Part shown: positions 16,869-32,582 of the stretch, piece by piece | Layout of the letters: every line of letters starts with the position of its first letter | Position numbering within the stretch: the first letter of the stretch is position 1 | Assembly (NCBI RefSeq): GCF_009914755.1 | Contig: NC_060926.1 | Length of the DNA stretch: 64,000 nucleotides | Reading direction: 5' to 3' (one strand) | Source: the human T2T-CHM13v2.0 reference genome, Homo sapiens | Position numbers and translations under genes: made by a program | The notes under the pieces: generated by a model | Database searches by the model: none | What the model was told of the DNA's origin: nothing | Seen by the model: only the letters and a program-made list of their open reading frames with translations

Positions 16869-17167
16869 AAGCCTCCCTTTCTTTCAGAAGAGTAGGAAGA
16901 GAATGGCAATGGCCTGGGTAGAATGACCTAAATGCCCTCCTGAGTCCTGTGTGGGTCCTGCTTCCTCTTCCCCCACCTGGCAATGATGATTTCAAACCAA
17001 AGAAAGTTTAAACTGTCAAACTTGAACTTCACTGTCAAGTTAACTAAAAAACTAGAAACAGAAGCCTTCCTTCCTGTCAAACAATGTCAAATCCTTATTA
17101 TGAGTTCTTTTTCACTGGAAAATATTGAAAGCATTTCTTTTTTTTCACAGAGTGTTTTATATTGATT

Positions 17168-17533
17168 TGCATCTTAGTCTGTTTGAGCTGCTATAATGAA
17201 TACCATAGACTGGGTGGCTTCAACAACAAACATTTATTTCTCATCATTCTGCAGCCTGGCAAGTCTGAGATCAAGTTGCTGACAGATTTCGTGTCTGGTG
17301 AAAGCCCTCTTTCTGGTTGGCAAGTGGCTATCTTTTTGTTGTATCCTCACTTGACAGAGAAGGGGTTGGGAGGAAGGAGAGCACACTAATCTCTTTTTAT
17401 AAAAAACACTAATCCCATCCTGGGGGCTCCATCCTCATGATCAACTCACTACCCGCCAGCGGTCCCACCTCCAACTACCATCACAGTGGAGGTTAGGGTT
17501 TCAATATATGAATTTGGGGTTGCATTCCATAAC
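17168..17533 (-). mobile_element. MLT1A-like MaLR LTR
   Basis: tcttagtctgtttgagctgctataa..taccatagactgggtggctt..catttatttctca. Confidence 0.8.
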
Positions 17534-17558
17534 AATTTGCTTACAACATCTCAACAGT

Positions 17559-17676
17559 GGCTGAGCGTGGTGGCTCATGCCTGCAGTCCCAGCACTTTGG
17601 GAGGCCGAGGCGGGAGAATTATTTGAGCCCAGGAGTTTGAGACTGGCTTGGGCAACATAGTGACACTGTGCCTCAG
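17559..17676 (+). mobile_element. Alu monomer (FLAM-like)
   Basis: Left-arm-only Alu. Confidence 0.85.
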
Positions 17677-17790
17677 AAAAGGAAAGAAAGAAAGAGAGAA
17701 AGAGAAAGGAAGGGAGAGAGAGAGAAAGAGAGAGAGGGAGAGAGAGGGAGGGGGGAGGGGAGGGGAGGGGAGGGGAGGGGAGGGGAGGGA
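17677..17790 (+). repeat. Polypurine (GA)n/(GGGGA)n tract
   Basis: Seen directly; Alu-tail derived. Confidence 0.9.
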
Positions 17791-18788
17791 AAATCTCAAC
17801 AATGACCTTTTCCAGTCTGCCTTTCACATCAGGATTTCCAAGGACTTTCCCAGATTATGCAAAGGGCCATTTCACTGTTCACTGTGTTCGTTATTCAAAC
17901 AGAGCTTCAGGTATGTCAGGGCACCCACGGGGTACCATCATCCAACAAAGCTCTGACATCCCTGTGCAAATAGTCAAATTTCAAATTTGTCCTTGGAAAC
18001 TTTTTGGTTGTCACACAATTCAGCCCCCAGGTATTTGTCCTGGGGTCTCCCATGTAAGCTATTCTCTAATTTAGTAAGCCCCTGAGCAGTGTCATCGAAT
18101 TCATTCTAAATCTTTCTCTTTTCAAGGAGCCTGGATAGCTAATTCACCAGCGAAACCTAAATTGTTTACGACCACCACAAATGGGCTATTTACCTCTGAA
18201 GTCCTGATGCAAGTCATATGTCTGGCTACTCCAGCACCTACTAATCACTCAGTTCTTTGAATTTTTATTGCATAAGAGTCCTTATCCCTCTTTTGGGCAT
18301 TTTTGGATATATTAACTTTTCATTGCATCGTACAATTTGTTTTGCAGCTGTTGAGGGTGATAGATAAACTTACTTAATCACCATCTTAATTTTTGCTTTT
18401 GGTTTTTAACTCCGAGTACCCATCGCAATGCCCTAAACTAAAGGTTTACCCAGTAAGAGTTTATTAGGTTGAAATGAACTTACATTTTGGTAATTCTTGG
18501 AACTATAGTCTAATGGGATAAATTTAATGGTAGCATTTCAGACGTTATAGCAGATGAGCAGCAAAGATAATTTGAGATTACAAGGACTTTTGGAACCCCC
18601 AAACATAGCCACATATATGCTATTGATGTGGAATGCTGGCCCTAATTAGTTTGATGCTGGTCCTGCCCCAATTCAGGCCTCAGTGTAATATTATCACCCA
18701 AACTCACACAGGACTGTTCAGTAACAGGAAACCAATTATAAGGTACCAAATTAGAATGCGAGAAGGACTTGGCCTATGAACTCTTACA

Positions 18789-18802
18789 CCAGCAGAGGGC
18801 AC
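18789..18802 (+). promoter_or_regulatory. Candidate CTCF core motif
   Basis: CCAGCAGAGGGCAC fits CCASYAGRKGGCRS exactly, in unique sequence. Confidence 0.45.
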
Positions 18803-19048
18803 TTCCTTCTAGCATGCAAGTCGGCTAAGGAAAGCAAATTAGAATGAGAAGATGCCTGATGACTGCTGGATACGAGTTACACAGAGATATTTTCCAATAA
18901 GCTATGGAAAGCAAATGAATGGCCCTTTCCTTCTCTAGAAGGATAAAACTTTGCTCACTTGGAATTGGAATCCCAGTCCTTTGGGAAATGCTTAGAGTAA
19001 GCTGATAAATTCTTATTCTCTGACTCCCTTTCTAAAGTTTATATGAAC

Positions 19049-19346
<298 letters not shown>

Positions 19347-20219
19347 TTATATGAACCTACATCTTCTGAGTTCCACATTTTCATCTATTTCAAATCTCCT
19401 TGTCTTTCCCCATTGTCTTTAAGGGGACATCCCTGTACTGTTATTATTATCACTCATACTGAGACTCTGCCTGTTTTAATCCTGGGGAAAATTTCAATCA
19501 AGCGTTTGTCTGATAGCCTTTTAAGTCTTTCTGATATTCAACCCGGAGTCTCCCAAATTCGGGTGTACACCAAGAAAGTGAGGGATTTCTAGGAGTTCAT
19601 GCTAAACAGATTCAAACTCCAGGCATCTACTGGGGGAAAAAAGGCGGTGTTATAAATAATTATTGTGGATCAGAAATAGACAGATTGTTCTTGGTTATTA
19701 TAATACAGGGGATTATAATTTGGGTGCAGTAAATCCCCAGATGAAGCATGGGGTAAGTGTTGGAGGCATGCTGGCACTTCGATTTTAGTTCTGTGGAACT
19801 CAACTTGTGATGGTAGTAATAATAATCCCAATTACAAAAACTGAGGTACAGAGAAGTTAAATAACTTGAGTAATATCACAGCTTGTGATAAAGCTAAGAT
19901 TTGAACTAAGTTCAGTCTGGCTCAGAAGTTTCTCTGCACTTCCCGCTGTTATCTTGGGCCCAAGTGTTGCTGCCTCTCAACTCCAGGAACCAGCAAACAT
20001 ATTTCCATGGACTAGCTGTTTGTTTTCGGTAGGTTTTTCATCTCTGTCAACAGTGGTTTTAAAGTAAAATAAGAAAAGTGAGAGTTATCTGCATGAAATA
20101 TATCTTCAATTTTCTTGAATGTCTTTTCCTCTTGTGTATTTACTTCCTTATCCCATTCCTGAAATAAATCAAGTCAACTAAACTTTGCAACATAGTGTGT
20201 ATAAGCTGATCTTCCTACC

Positions 20220-20993
<774 letters not shown>

Positions 20994-21059
20994 TAATGGT
21001 TATAAGGAATTGGAATTCTCTGCCCTCCTCTGGCTCACATATGTCTTCCTAAGGCATCT

Positions 21060-21535
21060 GAAGTATGCGATATTCCCTGTTCATCTCAATCCAGTCAGCA
21101 CAATGTCATCAATGCTGTGGACTAGCATGCTATTCTTTGGAATGTCAAAATAATCAAAATCGCTGCAGATACAATATGGCAGACAGTAAGAGAGCTGACA
21201 TGGCCCTGTGCATACACTAAGAAAGTATACTCTTTGCCCTATCAGGAAAAAACAAACTCCTTCTGGCAGTCTTTGCAAATTGGTGTGGAGGAAATAGCAT
21301 TTGCTGGGTCAATCACTTCATATCCAATTCCAGGGGCTACAAGGTTTTTATTAGTAAATGTAGTGTATCTGGAACAGATGCTACAACTGGATTCACCATC
21401 TGAGTAAGTTTATGAAAATCCACAGGCATTTTCTAACATCTGGCTTTCTTTTGCACAAGGCAAAGTAAATGTGAATATGACAAATGTCACCACCCCTGCA
21501 TCTTACAAGTCTTCCAAAAGGACCTTGAGGTCCTT
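21060..21535 (-). mobile_element. ERVL-class pol (reverse transcriptase) remnant
   Basis: Degenerate motifs VDFHKLTQMV, IDPANAISSTPI..QKEF and LVHSIDDIVL parallel ERVL VDYRKLNQVV, IDLANAFFSIP..QKQF and LVHYIDDIML. Confidence 0.85.
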
Positions 21536-21828
21536 TTGGAAAAAGGCTTAGAGGAATACTTAGAGTATATACTTGTAACTGTGTGATGTGTGTGTGTGTG
21601 TGTTCAAATCAAACAATAATTCTATCTTATGAGAATCTACTATATATGGGGCATTGAGTAAAAAAAGAAAAGATCATGAGACAAGGAAGCTGCCCTCGAG
21701 TGATTTTTTGCTGGGAGTGATTGACAAGTAGAAGTAAGTGCAGACAGATAAATTGTAACACAATCATCAAGTGGCGTAATACAGTACAAAATTAAGTGGC
21801 AAGGAGCATTTTATATAGGAATGGCACA

Positions 21829-22300
<472 letters not shown>

Positions 22301-23283
22301 TCATTACTGTCACAGATGCTGTTTCCACTCTTCTAATGAGGCTTCATTTAAACAAGAAATGGGCCTTCATTTGTTTAATGAGGCCCATTTAAACAAGAAG
22401 AAGGAGAAGGAAGAGAGGAAGAGGAAAGAAAAGAAGAAAGAAAATAAAGAGAAGGCTGAAAACAACAACAACAAAAAAACTCTGCTTTAAATGTCCTCTG
22501 CACTGGGAGTCACAAGTGAGGGTGTTTTTTAACCTTAGGTAAAGATACCTTTAATAAAAGGTTCCTTGTTCCTGGTTCACCCAGATAAAAGCAGATCAAA
22601 AAAGCCAGTACAAGAGGGACAGGCCAAAATGAAAGCTTGTTAGAAAATATGAGATAAATTTTTGGCCATGTCTTCTATAAATTGCCTGGGGCTCTCGACA
22701 CTATATTTAGCCTCCTGAATTCAAGTCTATGCCCTAAATACAGTAACTAAGAGGAGGAGCCTGATGTAACTGACATACAGGCTGCTGAGTATCTTTGAAG
22801 GGTATAATTCACACATCAATACCAGTCATTCCCATTTTTCTGCGTCACTCACTCTCCAGGGACAATTTTAAATCATCTGTGGGTAGACAGTTCAGCCAAC
22901 TAAAATTTAAAATGTTCATAAAATAGCTCCTGTACAAATAAAACCAATGCCCATAAGGACATCTTATTCTCCTTTTTGGGCCTCTTTCTCTCTATTTGCT
23001 TCCTCCTTTAGCACATAGTAATAGTCATTCATCCCAGAATGGGCTCACCAGATCCTGATTACGTACTCATACCTTCAGAAAATGTTTAGTGACCATTGCC
23101 ATGCACCAGGCCTTTATGCCAAGCTCTAGGGATACAATGATAATCAACATAGAGCTCCTGATCTCAAGAAAATCATAGTCTAGAGGAGAATACAGATAAA
23201 TAAGCAGTCAATATTAAAGAGCTGAGATAGGAAAGCACTAGAATAGTAGGGAAGCACCTAACCATTAAGTGCTGGTAGGCAGG

Positions 23284-23665
23284 TGTATTAGTCTGTTCTC
23301 ATGCTGCTAATTAAGACATATCAAAGACTGGGTAATTTATAAAGGAAAGAGGTTTAATGGACTCACAGTTCCACATGGCTGTGGAACTTCTGCCACGTCT
23401 CACAATCATGGCAGAAGGCAAATGAGGAGCAAAATCACATCCTCAATCACATCATGGCAGCAGACAAGACAGCCTGTGCAGGGGAACTGCCCTTTATAAA
23501 ACCATCAGATCTCCTGAGACTTATTCACTATCATGAGAACAGCACAGGAAAGACCCGCCCCCAAGATTCTATTACCTCCCACCGGGTCCCTCCCATGACA
23601 TGTGGAGATCAGGGGAGCTACAATGCAAGATGAGACTTGGATGGGGACAGAGCCAAACCATATCA
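23284..23665 (-). mobile_element. THE1/MST MaLR solo LTR inserted in L2
   Basis: tgtattagtctgttctcatgctgct...ccaaaccatatca; 5-bp TSD gcagg. Confidence 0.9.
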
Positions 23666-24074
23666 GCAGGAATCAGGGAAGGCCTCCTGAAGATAAAAAG
23701 AATTTAATGTCAGCGTTTTATTCAACAAATATTTCCTGAGCACCTACTTTGCATAAGCACTGTTACAGACCCTAAGGAGACAGTAATGAATAAGACAAGA
23801 TCCCTGCCCTAGAAGAGCTTATTGAAAGAGACTGACAAAAAAGGAACAATAATTATATAATATAGCTTTAGGTAGTGATAACTGCCAAAAGCAACTAAAG
23901 CAAAGCAAGAAAGTAAAGAAAGATAAAGAACATAAAATAAAATACAGTGCATTTTATTTAAAAGTTTAAAACTAAAGAAATAGAAAATGATGAAACAGTC
24001 AGGAACAGTCACTTTCAGTGGGAGGCATTCAAGCATAAAATGGAGTCAAACAAGGAAGTCAACCATTGGCTCTT

Positions 24075-24205
24075 TTTCTTTTAATTTTTAGAAATGGGAT
24101 CTTGCTATGTTGCCCAGCCTGGTCTCAAACTCCTGGGCTCAAGAAATCTTCCCACCTCAGCCTCCCAAAGTGCTAGGATTATAGGCGTGAACCAGCAAGC
24201 CTGGC
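24075..24205 (-). mobile_element. Alu monomer (FLAM-like)
   Basis: Left-arm-only Alu. Confidence 0.85.
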
Positions 24206-24399
24206 CAATCATTAGCTCTTTATTGCCAAATGGTGTCTGTAACAAGCCATCCAGAAGCCTCTGTGAGGTACAACACTGAGCTCGTACTGCCCACACGTTT
24301 AGGGAGCTTGGCTGGGTGGCTCTGCTGATCTTGGCTGATCTTGGCTGGGCTCACACACAAGTTATTGACGGAAACCAATGAAGCTAGAGCAAGACCGAC

Positions 24400-25085
<686 letters not shown>

Positions 25086-25805
25086 AAGGGAGAGGATAAT
25101 CCAGCCCCAGAAGTGGATTCTGTAGGCTGGACTTGCCAGGCACCCCTACAACAACATATAGTAGATTTCCTTGGTTGCCACCAGAGAGTTGCCCAGAGAA
25201 GTGACATTGCCCTGTTCTGCCACTCTGACAGCTGTCACCAGCAGATTCAATATAAGATGGCCTATTCTTCACCCCTGGCTGCCAGTGGGGCCCAAAAAGA
25301 TGTGAGCAGGCTCAAGGGTTGGCAGTCTTGGGCTTGAATCCAGTCCCTCCCAGCTACCAGCAGTGTGGGCTTTGCAAAGCTTCACCTCACTGAGTCCCAG
25401 CCTCCTCTTTAAAGTAGGAGTAATACAATCTACAATACAATAAAGTAGGGGTAATACAATCTACTTCGCAGGTCCATTGCGAGGACTAAGTTGAAAAACT
25501 CTATAGACAAGCACCTACCAGGATGCCTATACTCTCCCACATTGGATACCACCATTAAGTGAATGAAGGCAGCCATCTCCAGGAATCAGTAGTTCTGTGA
25601 GCTGTTTAATAAGTACTTGCTGGAAAAATATTTCTGGCACTCAAATACAATTATGAAATGCCAAGTTCAAAGGTCTCTTTACAATAGGAGTTTCCAGAAT
25701 CTGCAATGGGCTAAAGATGTGCTGTGATTCTCCATGAGAAAGAAGAAAGTATGCAAATTTGCTGAATGTTTCTCAGGTATTTTCATAGGACCCTTATTTT
25801 CTTAA

Positions 25806-26234
<429 letters not shown>

Positions 26235-27269
26235 TGAAGGGAAGTGCATGTAACAGGATCCAGTCCCCACCTTCAGAGCTGCCAGGAGTGGCAGTTCAGA
26301 AAAGTGGAATCTGAGGCCAAGTCTAAGGGGTCAAATTTCAGGCAAAAATGCTTGAGCAACATGGAACTGAGAAAAGAAGGCAAGCAGGGAGTCTGGCGTT
26401 GGAGGCCAGAGAGCAGAGGTGGAAAACCAGAATCCCAAATGTAGAAACAGCACAACAAAAGAGAAGAGGGAGAATGGAAAGGATGGTTGAACAGAGGCCA
26501 ATAAAAAAGGAAGGAAGTTCAATCTTAGTTCAAAGCAAATATTGTGACTGTGGGAACGTGGCCCTCTTCCTCCTATCCTTGGCGTGTTCTATCTGGGCTA
26601 GGGGCAGGGCCTGAAGAGGCAAGTTCTGATTAGATAATTGAGATGTTTGCATGGACTTGCCAACTGGACAGAAATGGGTTCGTGCCAGGGGTATCTCTTT
26701 TGGAGCACCAAACATGTGGAGGCCCCAAGGAGAGGCTAGGGGAGGTAGGATCCAAGCAGGAATGCTCAGAGGCCATTGAAGGACCCCAAAGATGAATAAC
26801 TTGTTTCTCACTGTTGCGTGAGGTTAGCCCTGCTTGGCCTGAAGCTCTAACCTCTTACTGTAGGTCACGTGTTCATAGAGGAGCCCTGTGCAGGACCCTC
26901 AGTACCTCTAAGGACACCTAGGACTTTGAAGTTCCCGAAAGACACACCCACATCTCTGTCTTGCCCTCCTCCTCATGTTCAAACTTCCATTCCTCCATTT
27001 TGAGCATCTTCTTGGCCAATCTAAAAACACACAAAAATCAATTTTAAAAACATCATGAGCCAGGAATTTGGCCTTTACTCAGATGTTTCTTTGGCAAAGT
27101 TCCTCAACATGTTTGTCATCAACCAACTCACCACTTTCCTGAACCAGTTTTTTCTGTGACTGCAGAGTGTATGCTTCAGAAGAATGTCTGCTATCACTGC
27201 ATCAGCTCAATTCCACTCAATCAAGTGCTCATCACTGGATCTGGCTGACGTGTGTTGAAAATTCTCTAA

Positions 27270-27480
27270 TTGTCAGGCATTGAACCAAGCTCTGACATGC
27301 TTTACTTAATTTATTTAATTCCCACATCCCCACAACAAACTTAAAAAGAAAGGAGGAGGTAATTTTTTTTCCAGTTTCACTGATGAGAAAACTGTGAAGT
27401 TGGGAAAAACCCAAGTTCCCACAGAGAGTAAGTGCCTGAGCTGGGATTCTAACCCAGATCCAAGTGCACAACCTTACACA
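27270..27480 (-). mobile_element. MIR
   Basis: ccagtttcactgatgagaaaactgtg..gagctgggattctaacccagat. Confidence 0.7.
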
Positions 27481-27727
27481 GGATGTTAAATAAGAAATCC
27501 TAGTCCAGTTCCAATGCTGAACTGGGAATCTGGAGGTGCGGGTTCCGGTTCCAACTCTACAATTTGCTTTCCAGTGGCAAAGTCACTCACTGGGCCCCTT
27601 TCTCCCTTAAAACAGAGGCATGGGGTTATGAGATGCATACTGAAAGCCCTTTCAGTGACAGACTAGTCTATGTCTGTAGATTGTAACAATCATTAGTCCC
27701 TGTGCTCGTTTTTCTAAAATTAATGCA

Positions 27728-28068
27728 CCCACCCCATCTCATCTTGAATTGTAGCTCCCATAATTCCCATGTGTGGTGGGAGGCACCCGGTGGGAGGTGA
27801 TGGAATCATGGGGGCGGTTTCTCCCATACTGTTCTCATGGTAGGGAATAAGTCTCATGAGGTCTGATGGTTTTATAAGGGGTTTCCCCTTTCACTTGGCT
27901 CTCATTCTCTCTTGTCTGCCACCATGTGAGACGTCCCCTTCACCTGCCACCATGATTGGGAGGCCTCCCCAGCCACATGGAACCTTGAGTCCATTAAACC
28001 TCTTTTTCTGTGTAAATTACCCAGTCTCGGGTATGTCTTTATCAGCAGCATGAAAATGGACTAATACA
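27728..28068 (+). mobile_element. THE1 MaLR LTR (5' end clipped)
   Basis: atctcatcttgaattgtagctcccataattccc...aaaatggactaataca. Confidence 0.9.
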
Positions 28069-28149
28069 TAAAGGTTTAGGATTTTTTTTCTTCTATTCAG
28101 TTTTTTGAGGCAGTCTGGGGCATTTCCCTGGATTCTTTTCATTCTGTTT

Positions 28150-28725
28150 TCATTCCCAGGATCCATCTCCCTTCCCCAAAGCACTCTCATTTTCTTGAGG
28201 GTGACTCCTACTCTGACCTGTGGGGTGTGGGGCAGGCACTTGGCAGTAGGGTACTTCTGGGCATCTGCCTCCCTCCACAGACATGGAGGAGTGCCTTCAT
28301 CTACCCTGGATGGCCAGGGCTGGGCATGACACCATACCAGAGTCATTCCGATTTAAGCTCACTGACCTCAGGACACTAGACACCATGGGTGATCTCAGAT
28401 CAAATCTTGTGGTGCTTTGGGAGCTACAGTTCAGGGGTAGCAGAAGCTACCTTACGTGGTATGGCATCTGTGCTGGCTGCAGCTTCCTAGCTACACTGCT
28501 TCTGTAGAGTGACTTCGGCTGCCGACCTGCAGCTGAGCTCTCTAGAGCTGCCCTGGGCCCTGCCCTTTTCCCAGTCTGGTTTTCTTGACTCCTCATCAAC
28601 GTGATGTGCTTGCTAATGTCGTTTCAGTTCTTCTTCCCTCTCCTTTCTCTTTCTCCCTTCCTTTCTCTCTTTCTTTCCTTTTTATATTAGAGCCATTGCT
28701 TGCTATCAAGAACCCTGGGTAATAC
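28150..28725 (+). mobile_element. Old ERVL LTR (LTR16-like)
   Basis: Ends ttttatattagagccattgcttgctatcaagaaccctgggtaatac. Confidence 0.45.
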
Positions 28726-29488
28726 TACTATTTAGGTTTGAGTTTACATGTCAAGTATATCTTGGTGTTTGAGATATTTTTTCCACCGATTCTTCTGAAA
28801 CTAATCTTTTAAAATTACCTTCAAATTCACTTTATAAATCATACACACAAAGCTGGTCTCATTAAATTGACATGCCTTATTTTTACCTAAAAGGTTTTCA
28901 CCTAAGTCAATCATCCACCATATTTCTCCAGGCGTCACTTCAAGAGACTGCCAAATACCAAGCTGCCGACCAGTGATTTGGCTGCCTCACCAGCTGGCAG
29001 GCAAGTGAGAAAACACTGCTCTAGTGGTCGTTTCCTAGGGCCAGTTTTGGCTTGAAATTGAGCCCCCTGCAGACCTCTCCCATCCCAAGGTTGCTGCTCT
29101 ATTACAAACTCATTCATTTCTTCCATTAGCGTAATTCACCCAGGTCCTTTCTGTACTTAAGGTATTACTAAATAAGGGATGTATGAGCAGACAAATGGAT
29201 GAAGGACTAAATAAAAGAACAATTTTTCCATCTTTCCTGGATCTTAAACTCAAACATTTGAAAAATGTTAACCATGATCCAGCCCTGGTTTAATTAACTC
29301 CTAGTTCTTTGTGTGTGAGGTGTCTGGCCTAAATACAATCTCATCCACTGGAATTATGAAAGGGATCCTTGGAAGCTGTTTCAAGAACTCCATTGTGCTG
29401 TGGCACTGTAAATATCTCTAACATGAGGGGAAGAAGTGGGCACATTGATGTAATGGCCAGAAGTATAAGGCCTTCACATGATTTCTAG

Positions 29489-29795
<307 letters not shown>

Positions 29796-30335
29796 ATTTC
29801 TAAATTTTTTTGCTTGTCTACCAAATTAAGAAAGAGAGAGAAAGGAGAGAAAAAGCAAAAACCAAATATAAACCAAGCTAGCCTTCTCCATAAACTGACA
29901 TGTTTTTAAACTTCAGAAAAAAAATTATATTAGAATAATAGATATAGCAATAGAAATATACTTGAGAGGTTTTTGTTTGTTTTTGGGAAAAAAGAATCTA
30001 GAAATTGTAGAGTCAATTCAACTCAACATATTAATACAACAAGTATTAATTGGAAAACTACTATGGATTTATTCATTTGTTCTTTCATGCAATAAAAATC
30101 TGCCCCTAGGACATGCCCTACTGTGAGCTATGGGTACCGAGAGACCAGTTCCTGCCTTCTGGGGTGCCTCAGAGTTTAGTGGGGGATTAGATACATACAC
30201 TGACACAACAGCTGCTTAAGAACTAAGTTAGCAGAACAAAAAAGAAGCAGCACCCTCCTTTACCTGGGAAGGTTGAGAGAGTGATGCTGGGTACTAAAGA
30301 TGAAAAGGTATCCTCAGGCAGGTAGAAAAGGGACC

Positions 30336-30686
30336 TGTATTAGTCCATTTGCATGCTGCTGATAAAGACATACCTGAGAGTGGGAAGAAAAGAGGTTTAA
30401 TTGGACTTAGAGTTCTACATGGCTGGGGAGGCCTCAGAATCATGGCGGGAGGTGAAGGGCACTTCTTACATGGCGGCAGCAAGAGAAAAATGAGGAAGAA
30501 GCAAAAGCAGAAACCTCTGATAAACCCATCAGATCTCATGAGACTTATTCACTATCATGAGAACAGCACAGGAAAGACCAGTCCCATGATTCAATTACCT
30601 CCCCCTGGACCCTCCCACAACACGTGGGAATTCTAGGAGAAACAATTCAAGTTGAGATTTGGGTGGGGACACAGCAAACCATATCA
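30336..30686 (-). mobile_element. THE1 MaLR solo LTR
   Basis: tgtattagtccattt..gctgataaagacatacctgag...aaaccatatca; TSD ggacc. Confidence 0.92.
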
Positions 30687-31103
30687 GGACCTTTTGGGAC
30701 CCTACTGCATGCCAGGCTCTTTACTAAGCAGGGTTCTAGCTACTGCAGATATGGAGTTTCTGCCCTCAAAAAGTACACATTATAGAGAGGGAGAAGACAA
30801 ATGCAATAAATGCATGAATACATGAACAAATAGGTAAGCAACAAAACAAACCAATGGAATAATTTCAAATAAAGTAAGTGTTATAAAGAAAATAAAACAG
30901 GGTTATGGGCAAGACAGTGACAGTGGGGAGACAGATTGCTACTGAACTGGGGTGATCAAGGAACAGCTCTCTGAGGAGGTGATGTACAAGCTCAAACATA
31001 CAAAAATGCAGAAAGAAGAAAACACATCCTATGTTAGGGACACAGCTGGATGTGGGGTACTGGGATCAGAAAGGAAGGAGAAAGCATGAAAAGACCTAGT
31101 TCT

Positions 31104-31325
31104 TAATGAGAACACATGGACACAGGGAGGAGAACAACACCCACTGGGGCTGCTGAGCGGGGGTGGGGAGGGAGAGCATCAGGATAAATAGCTAATGCAT
31201 GTGGGGCTTAATACCTAGGTGATGGGTTGACAGGTGCAGCAAAACACCATGGCACACGTTTACCTATGTAACCAACTTGCATGTCTTGCACAGGTATCCT
31301 GGAACTTTAAATTAAGTTAAAATAT
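31104..31325 (+). mobile_element. L1PA 3'-end fragment
   Basis: aatgagaacacatggacacagggagg..ggtgcagcaaaacaccatggcacacgtttacctatgtaac. Confidence 0.9.
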
Positions 31326-31757
31326 ATATATTTTTAATTTAATTTAATTTATACCATATATATATATGTGTGTGTGTATATATCTGGTTTTATTTATACC
31401 AGATATATATATATCTGGTTCCACAACAAGAAGAGTGGACATTATCCCATGGGCAACAGAGACCACTGTGGGGTTTACAGCAACAGAGGGGATAGATCTG
31501 ATTTTTATCTTAGCTGTACTGTGCTTCATCCCAAAGAAATCGCTAGGCATTGGGCCTGGGTTTGGAAATTCCTCTCAAGTTCTTCTACATTGGAAACACT
31601 AAAACAACAAGCAGTGGGGCAAACAATGAAAGCTATGTCTGATGTTTTTCAATGCAACATAATATATCCCTGATTATATTCCTGCCCAAGACTCTGAAGC
31701 CAGACTTATACAGAAATAACCACAAAAGTCACATGCAATGAGATCTATGGAACATGC

Positions 31758-32582
31758 TGAAATGGGAGAGTTCTCTTACCACCCTCAGAGGACGTTTGAC
31801 AGGGGTGTGGCTCACTCCTTCAGCCACCCTGCTGCTCAAACCCTTAGAGGGAGTGTGCAGATGGGCAGGTACAGAGCCCATGGGGGCACTTTCGGGCTCC
31901 AGCGCCACAGCAGCGTCTAGGAGTGGGTGCCTGCAACTTCCAAAGCCCAAGTGGGTGTGTGTCACAGTGTGCTCTTTCAGCTTTGCTGTCTGCAGACAGC
32001 CTGTGTTAATCAGCTCAATTAGACACTCTGCCTTATCAAGAGGGCAGACGGCCAGTGTGACAGCTTTCTGTATCCCAAGTTCTTGCCCAGTATACTGGAA
32101 AAATTGGATCACACATGGGCTTGAAGGATGAGTGCTAGGTTTTATTCAGTGGTGGATGTGGCTGTCAGTGAGATGGGTGGGGAGTGGGAAGTGGGGATGG
32201 AGTGGGAAGGTGGTCTTCCCCTGGAGTCAGGCCACCCAGCAGCTGGACTTTCCTCTGACTGCCCCTGGCCAACTCCCCTTCTCTGTTTCTCTGCCACGTG
32301 TTCCAACATTGCTGGTCTGCTGGTGTCTGCTGGTGTGTTCCTCTGCTTCTCTGGATGTTCAACCACTTGTATGTGTGCCCGCTAAGGTTGCAGGTTTATA
32401 TGGGCACAGGAATGGGGTGTGGCAGGCCAGAGTGGTCTTGGAAAATGAAACATTTGGGCACAAAAAAACAGGAGTGCCTGTTCTCACTTAGGTCCGTGGG
32501 CACAGGCCTGAGGGTGGAGCCCTCGCCAGTAACCCTGCCCTTTTCTACCCAGCACTTCCCTGACCCCCCTCCCACCGTATCA
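31758..32582 (-). mobile_element. LTR1/LTR28/MER52-group ERV1 solo LTR
   Basis: Minus strand starts TGATACGG..GGAAGTGCTGGGTAGAAAAGGGC; near-TSD atgc/atac. Confidence 0.8.
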
